A stretch of DNA of 64,000 bases from NCBI GenBank assembly GCA_043778225.1, contig JAYWGM010000080.1, positions 13,910 to 77,909 of the forward strand, given 5' to 3'. Positions 50,787-60,638 of this stretch are shown here, one piece after another. Below the pieces are notes generated by a model that saw only the letters and a list, made by a program, of their open reading frames with translations, did not search any database and was not told the origin of the DNA. The position numbers and the translations under genes are program-made. How positions within the stretch are numbered: position 1 is the stretch's first letter; each line of letters starts with the position of its first letter. Origin of the DNA: Deinococcales bacterium (lineage in GTDB: Bacteria; Deinococcota; Deinococci; Deinococcales; JAAFIG01).

Positions 50787-51554
50787 TCACATCACGGTTG
50801 CATTGCTGGCGTTCAACATCGTATCGCGCTCCCAAATCAGGTCGCGCAGTAACCAACCCGAGCCGTTAATCTCGATTTCGCCAGTCCGCACGGCTTCGAT
50901 TAAATAAGCCCGAATCGTCTCGAGCCGAAAGCCAAGCTCGAGTAAATCCACCAAGCGGCGTTTGCCATCGAGGTAACTCGAGACGCTTTGGGCGGTCAAG
51001 CCTTCGCCCGTGCCTTTGCGGGCGGCTGGGTGCTGAACTTTCATGCCCATCCAAGTAAATTTCTCGAGCAGGAGCAGCACTTTACCTGAAATGAGTGGCA
51101 TCACTCGGGTTGCCACATCAAAGGCGTTGGCTTCAAGGTTGCGTGCCACCGAGCGAATGCTTTTGCCGCCCTGAAACGGGTGTGGCGTATCTTGGACTGT
51201 GCCGTTGTACTCAAGCATTCGACTTGGGCTGCCCAATATCGGTAGCATTCGCGCCCACTCGTCGTTGACCCTTGCCCAGTCGGTCATCAGTGCCGAAAAA
51301 GCGATCGTAAACTGGGGAGGTACAGCTTGGCTCGAGGGGGTAAAGCGAAAATTACCTTGGCTGGCATGGAGGGTAAAGCTCTGAACGGCTTCGATGCCGC
51401 TCCAATCAAGGATATTCCCAGCCACGACTTCACCTTGGGCGATGCTGAGCGCCAATGGCAATTCGGCAGCCACTTGTAAACGCCCAGACTGCTTAGTCAA
51501 GTTAATCAATTCTAAAACACTCGAGAGTGGTGTGTCACGCAAATTGCCTTCCAT
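50787..51554 (-). CDS. DUF4388 domain protein
   Basis: MEGNLRDTPLSSVLELINLTKQSGRL...GNFRF. Confidence 0.8.
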   Translation of the reverse strand: MEGNLRDTPLSSVLELINLTKQSGRLQVAAELPLALSIAQGEVVAGNILDWSGIEAVQSFTLHASQGNFRFTPSSQAVPPQFTIAFSALMTDWARVNDEWARMLPILGSPSRMLEYNGTVQDTPHPFQGGKSIRSVARNLEANAFDVATRVMPLISGKVLLLLEKFTWMGMKVQHPAARKGTGEGLTAQSVSSYLDGKRRLVDLLELGFRLETIRAYLIEAVRTGEIEINGSGWLLRDLIWERDTMLNASNATVM

Positions 51555-52437
51555 CGCCCACCCCTTCTATGACATAGCCTGTGGCTATGGGTAAAACCAG
51601 TATACGGGAAGCAAAATTTTGCAATGGGACTTTAATTTTTTCGGCATCTGCCATTTCGCACAATGCCGCTAAACTTGGACCCGCCCCAGACAAAAAAGCC
51701 GCCAGTGCGCCAGCCTCAAGGGCAGCCTCGATTGTCTCGAGTAAATGCGGCACAAACTGAGCGCGGTAGGGTTGGTGGATTCGGTCTTGACAGGCTTGGC
51801 GCAATAAATCAAAGCGCCCAGTGCTGAGCGCAGCCACCCAAAGAGCGGTTCTCGAGGCATTAAAAATGGCATCGGCTTTGGAGTAATGGCTTGGCAGGGC
51901 AGCCCGAGCTTGGGTGGTTTTGAGTTCAAAATCGGGAATTGCAAAAATTGCACGCCATGTTTGCGGCACAGCCAAAGCAACCGAAAGCGGAATGGAATCC
52001 TGCATCGCGCTGGCGGTAAAACCACCCAAGACGGCTGGGGCAACATTGTCGGGGTGTCCCTCGAGTGCCGCACAAACTTTTAAGACCCCTTCGCGCCCAA
52101 GTTTCCCGCCAAGAACCGCATCAGCAAGGGCTGCCCCACCGACCAAAGCCGCGCTCGAGCTTCCCATGCCTCGAGCCAGTGGAATTGGGTTCTGGCAGGT
52201 GATTTTAGCAGGCGGTGGCTCGAGACCGAGCGCCAAAAAAGCCGCATCCCAACCTGCGTGCATTAAGTTATTGTGGCTTGGCACAAAGCCATCGCCGCTA
52301 TACATAAATTCTGGGGATTGGCTGGGTTCGGCACTGGCGGTCAGCCACAACCCGACAGCTAACCCAAGGCAATCAAATCCAGGTCCAAGATTGGCAATCG
52401 TGGCTGGAACACGAACAGTAACGGGCGCAAAAAACAT
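51535..52437 (-). CDS. thrB: Homoserine kinase
   Basis: VPATIANLGPGFD, PLARGMGSS, EGHPDN, LSGAGP. Confidence 0.97.
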   Translation of the reverse strand: MFFAPVTVRVPATIANLGPGFDCLGLAVGLWLTASAEPSQSPEFMYSGDGFVPSHNNLMHAGWDAAFLALGLEPPPAKITCQNPIPLARGMGSSSAALVGGAALADAVLGGKLGREGVLKVCAALEGHPDNVAPAVLGGFTASAMQDSIPLSVALAVPQTWRAIFAIPDFELKTTQARAALPSHYSKADAIFNASRTALWVAALSTGRFDLLRQACQDRIHQPYRAQFVPHLLETIEAALEAGALAAFLSGAGPSLAALCEMADAEKIKVPLQNFASRILVLPIATGYVIEGVGDGRQFA

Positions 52438-52637
52438 ATCAGCAGTAGTTGTACCATTCTTGGCGCTCAGAGTACATCTTTTTTTATAGTGCTGGTTGGA
52501 TTTTTTGAACTGTTTTATACGTTACAGTTAAATTCAAACTTTAAGCTAGGCTGTGAAAGGTTTGATTGGCTACTGAGCTTTTTGATATAGGGAAACTAAA
52601 GTCTTTGCGGGAGGACTTACCTAAAAGGGGTTCTACC

Positions 52638-54515
52638 GTGAATCAAATTATTCGCCCAAACCAAAGTGTTGTACCGACCCAAAGTGCTGTTAGGCGCTAT
52701 GCGCCAGTGCTGAACAACATCGTTCCCCATGCCGAAAACACCGCCCATTTGGCGGCTTTAGCAACACGCTTTGAAGCCAGTTTTGTTTCGCTGGTCGGAC
52801 AGACTGGGGTACAATTGGTGGGTTCGCATGGCTTGGGCTTGCAGCGCTTTCCGATGCCCATTGCCCAAATTCCAGCTTGGTTATTGCCAGCCCAAGCACG
52901 GATGTTGCGCGAAACACCAGAACTCGAGGCAATTGCAAATTATCTTGGACAGTTTGATGTTCACAATGCACTTGGCGTTTCGGTTATTACGGTTCATGGT
53001 GTGATTGGCGCAATTTGGCTGCTCAATTCGCTCGAGACTGTCCAGAGTAGTAGCTTAGAATTACTCAACACTTTTGCTGCCCAAATTGCCTTTGGACTCG
53101 AGCAAGAAGTCGAGCGTTTAGAGTACGAAAAACCCCATAAAATTGCTCGAGAACGCGATTTTGCTCTTTCTGTGGCGCAATTTTTACCAATTGGCACGAT
53201 CGTCGCAGATTTGGCGGGCAATATCCAATTTATGAACCGCGCTTTTACCAAGCAATTTGGCTATCAACTCGAGGATACCAAAAATCGGCGCTTTCATGAA
53301 TTTGTTGTGCCAGAATTCCAAGCCGAACTGGTGGCTGCCCTGACCAACCGCGCCGAGGGTGAATCGAGCATGGCACGCTATCAGGTCTACCGCAAAGACA
53401 AGAGTGTGGCAGATGTTGAAATTATGGGGCATCCACGTTTTGATTCACTCGGGCGCGTGATAGGCACAGTGGCAACCATCCGCGATATTGGCGAAGAACT
53501 GGCACTCGAGCGAGCCACCCTCGAAGCTCGGCGTGCCATCAATAAAAAAATGACCGAGACTTTGGTCGAAACCAAGCGTTCTTTGGAGCGCGAACAGGTT
53601 TTTGCCTTAGAAATCATGGAATCTTTGCAAGATGGTTTTGCACTGCTCAATACAGAAGGGCTTTTTGAATATGTCAATCCAGCTTTTGCCCAAATTTGTG
53701 GATTTTCACCAATTGCCTTGGTCGGCTTTGATGCCCGAGTTTTTGTTCACCCCGAGGACATGAAATCGGTACTAGAAAACTTAGCGCAGATTAAGCCAAA
53801 TCAGGTCTTGTCGTTTGGGCATCGAATTATCCGACCAGACCAAACCATTGTTCATGTCAAAGCCCATTGCAGTCTGCGGCTTGATGCCCAAGGCGAGATT
53901 CTTGGGGCGCTGTTGTGTTCTCGAGACATCACCCAAAAACTTGCCGACGAAACACGGATGTTGCACCTCGAGAGCGAACTGAGTCAGATAGAAGAAAAAC
54001 TCCAAGCCAATGCTGGCTTTTCGGGGCGGCTCGAGACAATTGGTGGCGCAGTTGGCTTAATGCAGATGTTGGCTGTTAGTCCAGTCAGTGGCGCGGTTCA
54101 ACTCGATGATTCAATTTTGTTCCTCGAGCATGGGCGAATTGTGGCGGTGGTGCATCCTAAACTGACTGGGCGAGAAGCGGCAGAAGCAGTTGTCCAGCGC
54201 CAAATCGGGCAATTTCAGTTTATCCCTCATGTTCGCCCCGCCAATATGGTCTTAAACCTCGACCCAACGCAACTGGCACTGGCGTATTTAGCCAAGCAAG
54301 ACGAAGCTGGTGCGCCCCAAAAAATAAGCAGTGAACACCAAATTTCTTTACCCAACAGCAAAGCCGCCAACGCTTTTATGCAGGGCGTTGGCGGACAAGA
54401 ACATTTTCGGGTTTCTTTAGAACAAAATCGGGTTATTTTGCGTGGGCGCAATCTTAAAATTGTGGTTTTAGAAGCCAACCTTGCCGACTTTTCAGAGCAT
54501 CCCAGCCCGTTGTAA
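52638..54515 (+). CDS. GAF-PAS-PAS sensor with C-terminal DUF4388-like domain
   Basis: Two PAS repeats (NRAF, NPAF, VHPED, RDI); FSGRLETIGG...LMQML...GRIV...GQFQF; start uncertain (52566 or 52638). Confidence 0.8.
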   Translation: MNQIIRPNQSVVPTQSAVRRYAPVLNNIVPHAENTAHLAALATRFEASFVSLVGQTGVQLVGSHGLGLQRFPMPIAQIPAWLLPAQARMLRETPELEAIANYLGQFDVHNALGVSVITVHGVIGAIWLLNSLETVQSSSLELLNTFAAQIAFGLEQEVERLEYEKPHKIARERDFALSVAQFLPIGTIVADLAGNIQFMNRAFTKQFGYQLEDTKNRRFHEFVVPEFQAELVAALTNRAEGESSMARYQVYRKDKSVADVEIMGHPRFDSLGRVIGTVATIRDIGEELALERATLEARRAINKKMTETLVETKRSLEREQVFALEIMESLQDGFALLNTEGLFEYVNPAFAQICGFSPIALVGFDARVFVHPEDMKSVLENLAQIKPNQVLSFGHRIIRPDQTIVHVKAHCSLRLDAQGEILGALLCSRDITQKLADETRMLHLESELSQIEEKLQANAGFSGRLETIGGAVGLMQMLAVSPVSGAVQLDDSILFLEHGRIVAVVHPKLTGREAAEAVVQRQIGQFQFIPHVRPANMVLNLDPTQLALAYLAKQDEAGAPQKISSEHQISLPNSKAANAFMQGVGGQEHFRVSLEQNRVILRGRNLKIVVLEANLADFSEHPSPL

Positions 54516-55484
54516 CTCGAGTTCGGCAACTTCTAGCACCTTGGCATAGGCTTGGGCAAACGGTAATAAAAGTGTTGCGCCGGCGGCTGGCACATGACCG
54601 CCACCGCCACACGCCAAAGCGATGTTCTGAGCGCTAACTCCGCTTTTAGAGCGCAGGCTAATTTTTACTGAGTCGCCGTAATCTTTGAGTAAGCACGCCA
54701 AAACTGTTCCTTCGGCATTGCGAATATAATTGACTAAACTTTCGACATCTTCCCAACTTGCCCCAAGTCGCTCGAGCATTTGGGCATTGACATACGCCGT
54801 GACCATTTTGCCCGAAAGCGGATACTCGATGGTAGCGTAGACCTCGGCTTGTAGCCCATAAAACGAACGCGGTTGTGAAGCCAGCGCCTCGTTGATTTTG
54901 ACCATGCTGACCCCAGAACTCAGTAAGTCGGCAGCGGCATTGAGTACCGAAGTATCGGTGTTGCTGTTTCTAAAAAAACCAGTATCGGTCAGGATTCCAG
55001 TCAGAATCGGTTCGCTAATGGCGGCGGTTAAATTCACCCCTAAAGCTGTTACCAAGTCTTTAACAATCAAAGCGCAAGCAGCTTTATCTGGGCTGACCAA
55101 AGACAATTCACCAAAACGCGGATTTGAGCCATGGTGGTCAATGTTGATAATCGGAATACCGACTTGGTTCATTGGCACACCATCCACCCTCGAGACTTCG
55201 GCACTGTCTAAGACCAAAAGCAGGGCATCGGTCGGTAATTGCTCGAGTCTAGGGGTCAGTTCGCCTTGGGTCGGCATCCATTCTAAATAGCGTGGCGGCA
55301 CACCGACAGGTTGCACCGTTTTACCTAAGGCGGCTAAGGCTCGAGAAGCCCCAAGCACACTGCCAATCGCATCGCCATCGGGGTCGACGTGGGCGGCTAA
55401 AACAATCGTGCCAGTGTGGTTTTTAAGCCGCTCGGCAATTGTTTTTAATTTTTCTAAGTATTGGGGGTCGCCCGAGTTATTCAT
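54492..55484 (-). CDS. nrnA: DHH/DHHA1 phosphoesterase (NrnA-like)
   Basis: HVDPDGDAIGS, IDHH, TDTG, SLRS, GGGHVPAAG. Confidence 0.9.
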   Translation of the reverse strand: MNNSGDPQYLEKLKTIAERLKNHTGTIVLAAHVDPDGDAIGSVLGASRALAALGKTVQPVGVPPRYLEWMPTQGELTPRLEQLPTDALLLVLDSAEVSRVDGVPMNQVGIPIINIDHHGSNPRFGELSLVSPDKAACALIVKDLVTALGVNLTAAISEPILTGILTDTGFFRNSNTDTSVLNAAADLLSSGVSMVKINEALASQPRSFYGLQAEVYATIEYPLSGKMVTAYVNAQMLERLGASWEDVESLVNYIRNAEGTVLACLLKDYGDSVKISLRSKSGVSAQNIALACGGGGHVPAAGATLLLPFAQAYAKVLEVAELELQRAGML

Positions 55485-55585
55485 GAAATCCTTTCGTGCG
55501 GGTTTCATTGCCCACAACCCTACAAGTCTAACCCACGAGCATGAAAGTACAAAATATCATCAAAAAACCTGATAAACTTTATGGC

Positions 55586-57010
55586 ATGAAAAAAGCATTT
55601 TTGACTGGTTTGGCAACCCTTAGCTTGGCTGGGCTAAGTCTTGCCAGTCCAGCTGTTGAACTGTTTAACCAAGCTGCACGATTTATCGAGACCCAGTATT
55701 TTGGACCTAGCACCGTCGCCATTCCAAGCCTGCTCGAGAAATACCGTGTCGAGGTGGCACTGCTGTGCTTGCGCCAAGCCCAACCCGAGGAGTGCAGCTT
55801 TGAGGTGGTCGAGCCACTGATTGCCAAAATGCTGACCGACCTCCAAGATGGTCATGCCTATTATTTAAGCGCCGAAGCAGTGCGCCAAGAAAATGCCAAC
55901 CGCCAAGGGCAAGCCATTACACCACGCCCCGCTTTAGGACTGCGTTTCTCGAGTTTTTGCGACACCCCCAATGGCGCGTGCCAATACGAAGAAGGCAACC
56001 TCAAAAGCACCGTTTTGCGCGATCAACTCGTGACTCGAGTGACGATTGGCAGCCCTGCTGAGTCAGCCGGGGTGCGCTATGGCGACCGCTTGATTGGCTA
56101 TAACGATGTTCTGTTCTCGAGCTTTGCAACTTTTGGCGAGTACCAAAAATTTCGTGCCGACCTGACCCCAAAAGTCCAAGCCGGTGAAAGCATCACCCTC
56201 AATTTGTTGCGTGGTACAAGCCGTGAGGCGGTCAATCTGACTTTTTCGGGGGCAATTTTTAATGCCAGTCAGCAACCAAAACTCGAGTTGCGCCCAGATG
56301 GAATTGCGGTGCTAACAGTGCGCGATTATTTGATTGCTGGAGTTGGGCAAAAAATTCACGATTTGCTGCGCCAAGCCGAGGCTCGAGGTGCAAAAGCGAT
56401 TATTTTTGAACAGCGCCAAAATGGTGGCGGTAGTGTCTATGAAATGATGCTGGCGGTTGGGGCATTTATTCGCAATCCAGACCCATTTCGTTTTGTACCG
56501 CGCTATGAGGCTGGGCGTAACACGCTCGAGTTTGGCTACAACGATGGCATGGCAACCATCCGCTACAGTGGTGGAATTGTCCAAGTTGGCTCGAGTGTCC
56601 GTGATGCTGTGACCACCCGTTTACCCTTGGCGGTTTTGGTGGATGCCAATTGTGCTTCGGGCTGTGAATACTTTGCCAATTATGTGCAGCGCCATAAGCG
56701 TGGCACGGTGATTGGGGCAAAAACTGCCGGGGTTGGCAACAGCAACACCGCCCGTTTTGGGCTTGCCAATGGTGGGGCAGCCGGCATACCGACTTTACGA
56801 GCTTTTTGGCTTGATGGTACTGGCTTACCCGCTTTTGTCGAAGCCGACTTAAAAACCCCAGACCTCGAGTGGAATTTATTTGAAACTGGGCGTGACCAAG
56901 CCATGAATCTAGCCTTGAATGCCTTAAAAGAGTTGCCTGTGTCAGTTCAGCCAATACCGACTATTTTGCAGCCTTGGCAACAGCACTACCTCGAGCCAAT
57001 AAACCAGTAG
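55586..57010 (+). CDS. S41 family (C-terminal processing) peptidase with PDZ domain
   Basis: Signal peptide; GSPAESAGV, RQNGGG, CASGCE, VIGAKTAG. Confidence 0.88.
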   Translation: MKKAFLTGLATLSLAGLSLASPAVELFNQAARFIETQYFGPSTVAIPSLLEKYRVEVALLCLRQAQPEECSFEVVEPLIAKMLTDLQDGHAYYLSAEAVRQENANRQGQAITPRPALGLRFSSFCDTPNGACQYEEGNLKSTVLRDQLVTRVTIGSPAESAGVRYGDRLIGYNDVLFSSFATFGEYQKFRADLTPKVQAGESITLNLLRGTSREAVNLTFSGAIFNASQQPKLELRPDGIAVLTVRDYLIAGVGQKIHDLLRQAEARGAKAIIFEQRQNGGGSVYEMMLAVGAFIRNPDPFRFVPRYEAGRNTLEFGYNDGMATIRYSGGIVQVGSSVRDAVTTRLPLAVLVDANCASGCEYFANYVQRHKRGTVIGAKTAGVGNSNTARFGLANGGAAGIPTLRAFWLDGTGLPAFVEADLKTPDLEWNLFETGRDQAMNLALNALKELPVSVQPIPTILQPWQQHYLEPINQ

Positions 57011-57398
57011 CCAAATACAACACAAATCCAAACGGTCCAAACATCAATACCGTCAGCAGCACCATACCCATCAGCAAGGGATGTCGCCGCCGTTCGAGGT
57101 TATCCAAATACATCCAGCGCCCGACAAATAAATCAAATGCCAAAAAATGAACCCAAGCAATGGTTGTGCCTTGTGGTGTGGCAAGCAGTACACCTAACTT
57201 TTGTATGTCTGGGTTGGACAGCACCGGCAGTAACTCGAGCAATGATGGAATCACCAAAACCATATACAACAGCGCGGGGGCTAAAATAACCAAAGGCGAA
57301 GCCAGTAAACGTTGTGTCGTCTGCCAGCCTGGCGCAAAAATCATCAATAACCAAAATGGCAGCACCAGTAAACTCGAGAGACTAAAAATAGTCTCCAT
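56961..57398 (-). CDS. DUF4281 (ABA4-like) membrane protein
   Basis: PFWLLMIFAPGW, AWVHFLAFDLFVGRW, MFGPFG. Confidence 0.88.
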   Translation of the reverse strand: METIFSLSSLLVLPFWLLMIFAPGWQTTQRLLASPLVILAPALLYMVLVIPSLLELLPVLSNPDIQKLGVLLATPQGTTIAWVHFLAFDLFVGRWMYLDNLERRRHPLLMGMVLLTVLMFGPFGFVLYLATGLLARGSAVAKAAK

Positions 57399-57399
57399 C

Positions 57400-58365
57400 C
57401 TAAACCTTACCTTTGGCTTGCCATAAAACCCCAAGGCTCGAGACGAGGGCAGTTGCCAGCACCAACCCAAGCACCAACAGCGTTTGGCTGTCGGGGCGCA
57501 GCAAAGGTTGTCCGCGCAAGGCTTGCCAAGTGACTAAGAGCATCAAACCCAAATAGCCAAGTGCGCCAATCCAGAGCAGCCCAAGTTTTTTGGCTTGCTC
57601 GAGTCCGCGCCGTCGGGCTAACCACAGCCCAAAAAGTGGAATCAGTTGTAGGGCGTGAATCCCAACAAAATGTCCAATGCGTAAATCACCATGGGTTGTA
57701 CTCCAGCCCAAAAGTGGCAATCCAGCCCCGTTATCTGGGGTTTGGCTATTGCTGCCAACCGTATGCGCTCCAAGCATGGCGAGGGTTTGACCGGCTGTGA
57801 TTGCCTCGAGTTGGGCTTGGGTTGGGGCAGGCATTAAGTTACCTTGGGCAAGACCGATGGCAGTCACCAATAAACCAAGGCGAATGGCGGTAGCCACGAC
57901 TGGCTCGGTGCGAATTGTACGCCAGACCTGAACCACCAGCACCAAAAAACCAACCATCATGACACCAATACCAACCGTCATGATTGCCCACAGAGCGGTA
58001 TTGAATGGACTGGTGTAGTTAAAGTGCATGGGGGTGGCTCGAGTTGCCTGAATCACAATCAGCCCCAATTCAAAACTCAGCACCCAACCAATCAAACCGC
58101 CCATTCTGGTGGCAGTACGGTTTTGTGCCAGTCCTAAAATCCAAAGTAAGCCAAGCCCATAGAGCAGTGTCGAAACCGAAAACTTAAAGGATTTTGCCCA
58201 AGCTGGTGTGCCAAGCAATTCGGTGCTGCGTGGGTCGAGCAGTAAGCCAAGGCTCGAGCCAACAATCAGCACCAAGCTAACAACAACCAAAACAGTCAAA
58301 CCTTGATTGCTGCGCCAAGCCTTATGCAGTTGGCTCGAGGGGTGGGTGGATTGAATCGCAATCAT
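57400..58365 (-). CDS. Conserved membrane protein
   Basis: WAKSFKF, MHFN, GDLRIGHFVGIHALQ, WQALRGQP; GGAGG RBS. Confidence 0.85.
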   Translation of the reverse strand: MIAIQSTHPSSQLHKAWRSNQGLTVLVVVSLVLIVGSSLGLLLDPRSTELLGTPAWAKSFKFSVSTLLYGLGLLWILGLAQNRTATRMGGLIGWVLSFELGLIVIQATRATPMHFNYTSPFNTALWAIMTVGIGVMMVGFLVLVVQVWRTIRTEPVVATAIRLGLLVTAIGLAQGNLMPAPTQAQLEAITAGQTLAMLGAHTVGSNSQTPDNGAGLPLLGWSTTHGDLRIGHFVGIHALQLIPLFGLWLARRRGLEQAKKLGLLWIGALGYLGLMLLVTWQALRGQPLLRPDSQTLLVLGLVLATALVSSLGVLWQAKGKV

Positions 58366-58398
58366 AAAAACCTCCAATTAAATACAAAACTAAGTTGA

Positions 58399-58411
58399 TT
58401 AACGCTGTTAA
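58399..58411. promoter_or_regulatory. Putative TetR operator (target operon)
   Basis: TTAACGCTGTTAA palindrome; 18/19 match to 59121-59139 on the opposite strand. Confidence 0.75.
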
Positions 58412-58470
58412 GTAAAAGATAAAAAAATCCAAGTATCCTCCAAATTATACCGAATTACCTTAATTTGGTA

Positions 58471-59112
58471 TTAGTCAATCGCGTATTCACGCTCGAGAAT
58501 GTTCATGTGCCAACGAAATAAGTTCTCTGCTTGTGCTGCTGGAAAGTGTTCGGTCGAAAGGGCTAAGGAAACCACGCCATGCACCGCAGACCACAGCAGG
58601 GCTGCCAAGGCTCGAGGCTCGAGCGGACGTAGCTTGCCGCTTTTGATACCATCTTCGATGGCTCTAACAATCACCCCAAAGGAATCTTGAAAACTGACAT
58701 AGCCCTCGAGTGGTTCGACCAAAAACTCAGAGCGCTGCATAAACATCAGGCGGTACTGCAAGGGGTGGCTCAGTCCAAAATGCAAATAGGCTAAACCGAT
58801 GGCTTTGATTCGCTCGACTGCCGAATTTGGCTCGAGATAAGCGGCTTGTAAAGCTGCCCCAAATTCTTTGAATCCCTCGAGTGCGACCGTTAAAAGCAAT
58901 TCGTCTTTATCCTTAAAATACAAATAAATTGTGGTCGGCGAATAGCCAATCGCTTCGGCAACCTGACGCAAAGAAAAACCTTCATAGCCATGGGTTTGGA
59001 ATAAGACCAGCGCCGCCTCGAGAATCTGGCGTTTCAGTTCAGTCTTACCGCTTTCACGCCGCGAAAGGCTGCCCGATTTGAGGCGTTGAACTCGAGTGTT
59101 GGTAGGATTCAC
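58471..59112 (-). CDS. TetR-family regulator (WHG type)
   Basis: SLRQVAEAIGYSPTTIYLYFKDK, YRLMF, WSAVHG. Confidence 0.94.
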   Translation of the reverse strand: MNPTNTRVQRLKSGSLSRRESGKTELKRQILEAALVLFQTHGYEGFSLRQVAEAIGYSPTTIYLYFKDKDELLLTVALEGFKEFGAALQAAYLEPNSAVERIKAIGLAYLHFGLSHPLQYRLMFMQRSEFLVEPLEGYVSFQDSFGVIVRAIEDGIKSGKLRPLEPRALAALLWSAVHGVVSLALSTEHFPAAQAENLFRWHMNILEREYAID

Positions 59113-59125
59113 GCCATAACTTTAC

Positions 59126-59138
59126 TTAACAGTGTTAA
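59126..59138. promoter_or_regulatory. Putative TetR autoregulatory operator
   Basis: TTAACAGTGTTAA lies between minus-strand TTGACA (59147-59142) and TAAAGT. Confidence 0.75.
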
Positions 59139-59182
59139 TTTTGTCAAGCGCTGTGGTCACTCGAGACGCGCCAGCCCATGCT

Positions 59183-59410
59183 TTACGCAGAAGTAGAAAG
59201 ACTAAATTGATTTTCTTGACTACGCCATTCTCGAGGAACTTGCGCTACCATGCCAGCCAGCACTTCGGGCATCACACGATTGGCTATCATGATATTCAAA
59301 ATTTCTTCGTACTTTGATTGGGTTAGTTTCTTAGCAAAAAGCAAATCGTAAAACTCATCACCAAGTTCTGATAACTGTTGTTGACTGTACTTTTCAGGTA
59401 TTAAAATCAT
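59183..59410 (-). CDS. Small hypothetical protein
   Basis: Overlaps the end of the upstream HExxH gene; GAGGTG RBS. Confidence 0.6.
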   Translation of the reverse strand: MILIPEKYSQQQLSELGDEFYDLLFAKKLTQSKYEEILNIMIANRVMPEVLAGMVAQVPREWRSQENQFSLSTSA

Positions 59411-59996
59411 ACGCTATCACCTCAATGCCAAGTGCATTTAACGCTCTGAGCATCATACCATACCCAAGAAAATCGTTCACAAACAATTCAGTTCGGTACA
59501 ATACCCAAGCCACAAAAGTTTCAGCAAAGTATTCGGTATACACGGATTTTGCATAGTTTGACACAGCATTTGTCCGAGGCAACTTTTGTGTCGAACCAAA
59601 TTCTACACCATTAGAATCACGCAAAATCGCATGAATACGATGCCCAAGTTCATGCAAAGCCGTAAACTGAATAGCTTCTAAAGATGTTCTGCCCGTATGA
59701 CTCAATTTATCGGTTCTACCCCAAATCAAAGCCTGTGCGTAATCGGCAGAATCTCGAGTCGTGGCAATACTTGCTTCGTTGGTTTGATAGTCATACACGC
59801 CATACACCTCGATGCGTTTTTGACCAAGCCACAAAAAAACTCGAGGCGCAATTTCAAGTTTTTGAAACGGATTATTCTGCAACCAATCACGCATCCCAAC
59901 ACGATTAAAAATCTCGAGTATTGCATTAACTTCGCCATCCCCAAGCCCAGATTCGATTTGATTCGCAAAAGGTGAATTCACACTGCGAATCACCAT
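59394..59996 (-). CDS. Zincin-like metallopeptidase domain protein
   Basis: HELGHRIH...VSNYA...EYFAETF. Confidence 0.7.
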   Translation of the reverse strand: MVIRSVNSPFANQIESGLGDGEVNAILEIFNRVGMRDWLQNNPFQKLEIAPRVFLWLGQKRIEVYGVYDYQTNEASIATTRDSADYAQALIWGRTDKLSHTGRTSLEAIQFTALHELGHRIHAILRDSNGVEFGSTQKLPRTNAVSNYAKSVYTEYFAETFVAWVLYRTELFVNDFLGYGMMLRALNALGIEVIAYDFNT

Positions 59997-60008
59997 AACA
60001 CAGCAAAT

Positions 60009-60638
60009 TCACTCAAGACTCGCTAGTCCGTGCTTTAAGGCAAACAGCGCCGCTTGGGTTCTCGAGGATAAGCCCAGTTTAGACAGCAGCCTCGAGACAT
60101 GAGTTTTGACCGTGCTTTCATTGACCCCAAGTTCGGTTGCCATATCTGCATTGCTCTGTCCTCGAGCCAAGAGTTGCAGCGTTAGCACTTCCCGAGCGGT
60201 TAAATGTTCGCGCATTTCTGGCGCTCGGTAATCGCGCAGCAATTTTTGCCGTGCCGCAGGAGAAAGCCTCACTTCGCCTCGAGCCGCTGCATGAATCGCC
60301 TCACGGATGTCGGCAGCTTTGGCATCCTTGATGAGGTAGCCAATTGCCCCAGCCTGAATTGCGCCATTGACCTTGTGTTCCTCGAGTGAACTGGTGAGCG
60401 CCAGCACTTCGGTGTTTGGGAATTTAGCACGAATTTCTCGAGTCGCGCTAATGCCATCCAGCACAGGCATGAGTAAATCCATGACGACCACATCAGGCGA
60501 AAGGCGTGCGACTTGCTCGAGGGCTTCGAGACCGTTTTCGGCTTCTCCAACAATGGTGATGTTCGGGTCAGCAGATAGGTAAAGCTGCAAGCCTTGGCGG
60601 ACAACCGCGTGGTCATCTACAAGCAGAACTCGAGTCAT
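60009..60638 (-). CDS. NarL/LiaR-type response regulator
   Basis: VDDHAVVRQG, MDLLMP, LTAREV...TVKTHV. Confidence 0.95.
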   Translation of the reverse strand: MTRVLLVDDHAVVRQGLQLYLSADPNITIVGEAENGLEALEQVARLSPDVVVMDLLMPVLDGISATREIRAKFPNTEVLALTSSLEEHKVNGAIQAGAIGYLIKDAKAADIREAIHAAARGEVRLSPAARQKLLRDYRAPEMREHLTAREVLTLQLLARGQSNADMATELGVNESTVKTHVSRLLSKLGLSSRTQAALFALKHGLASLE

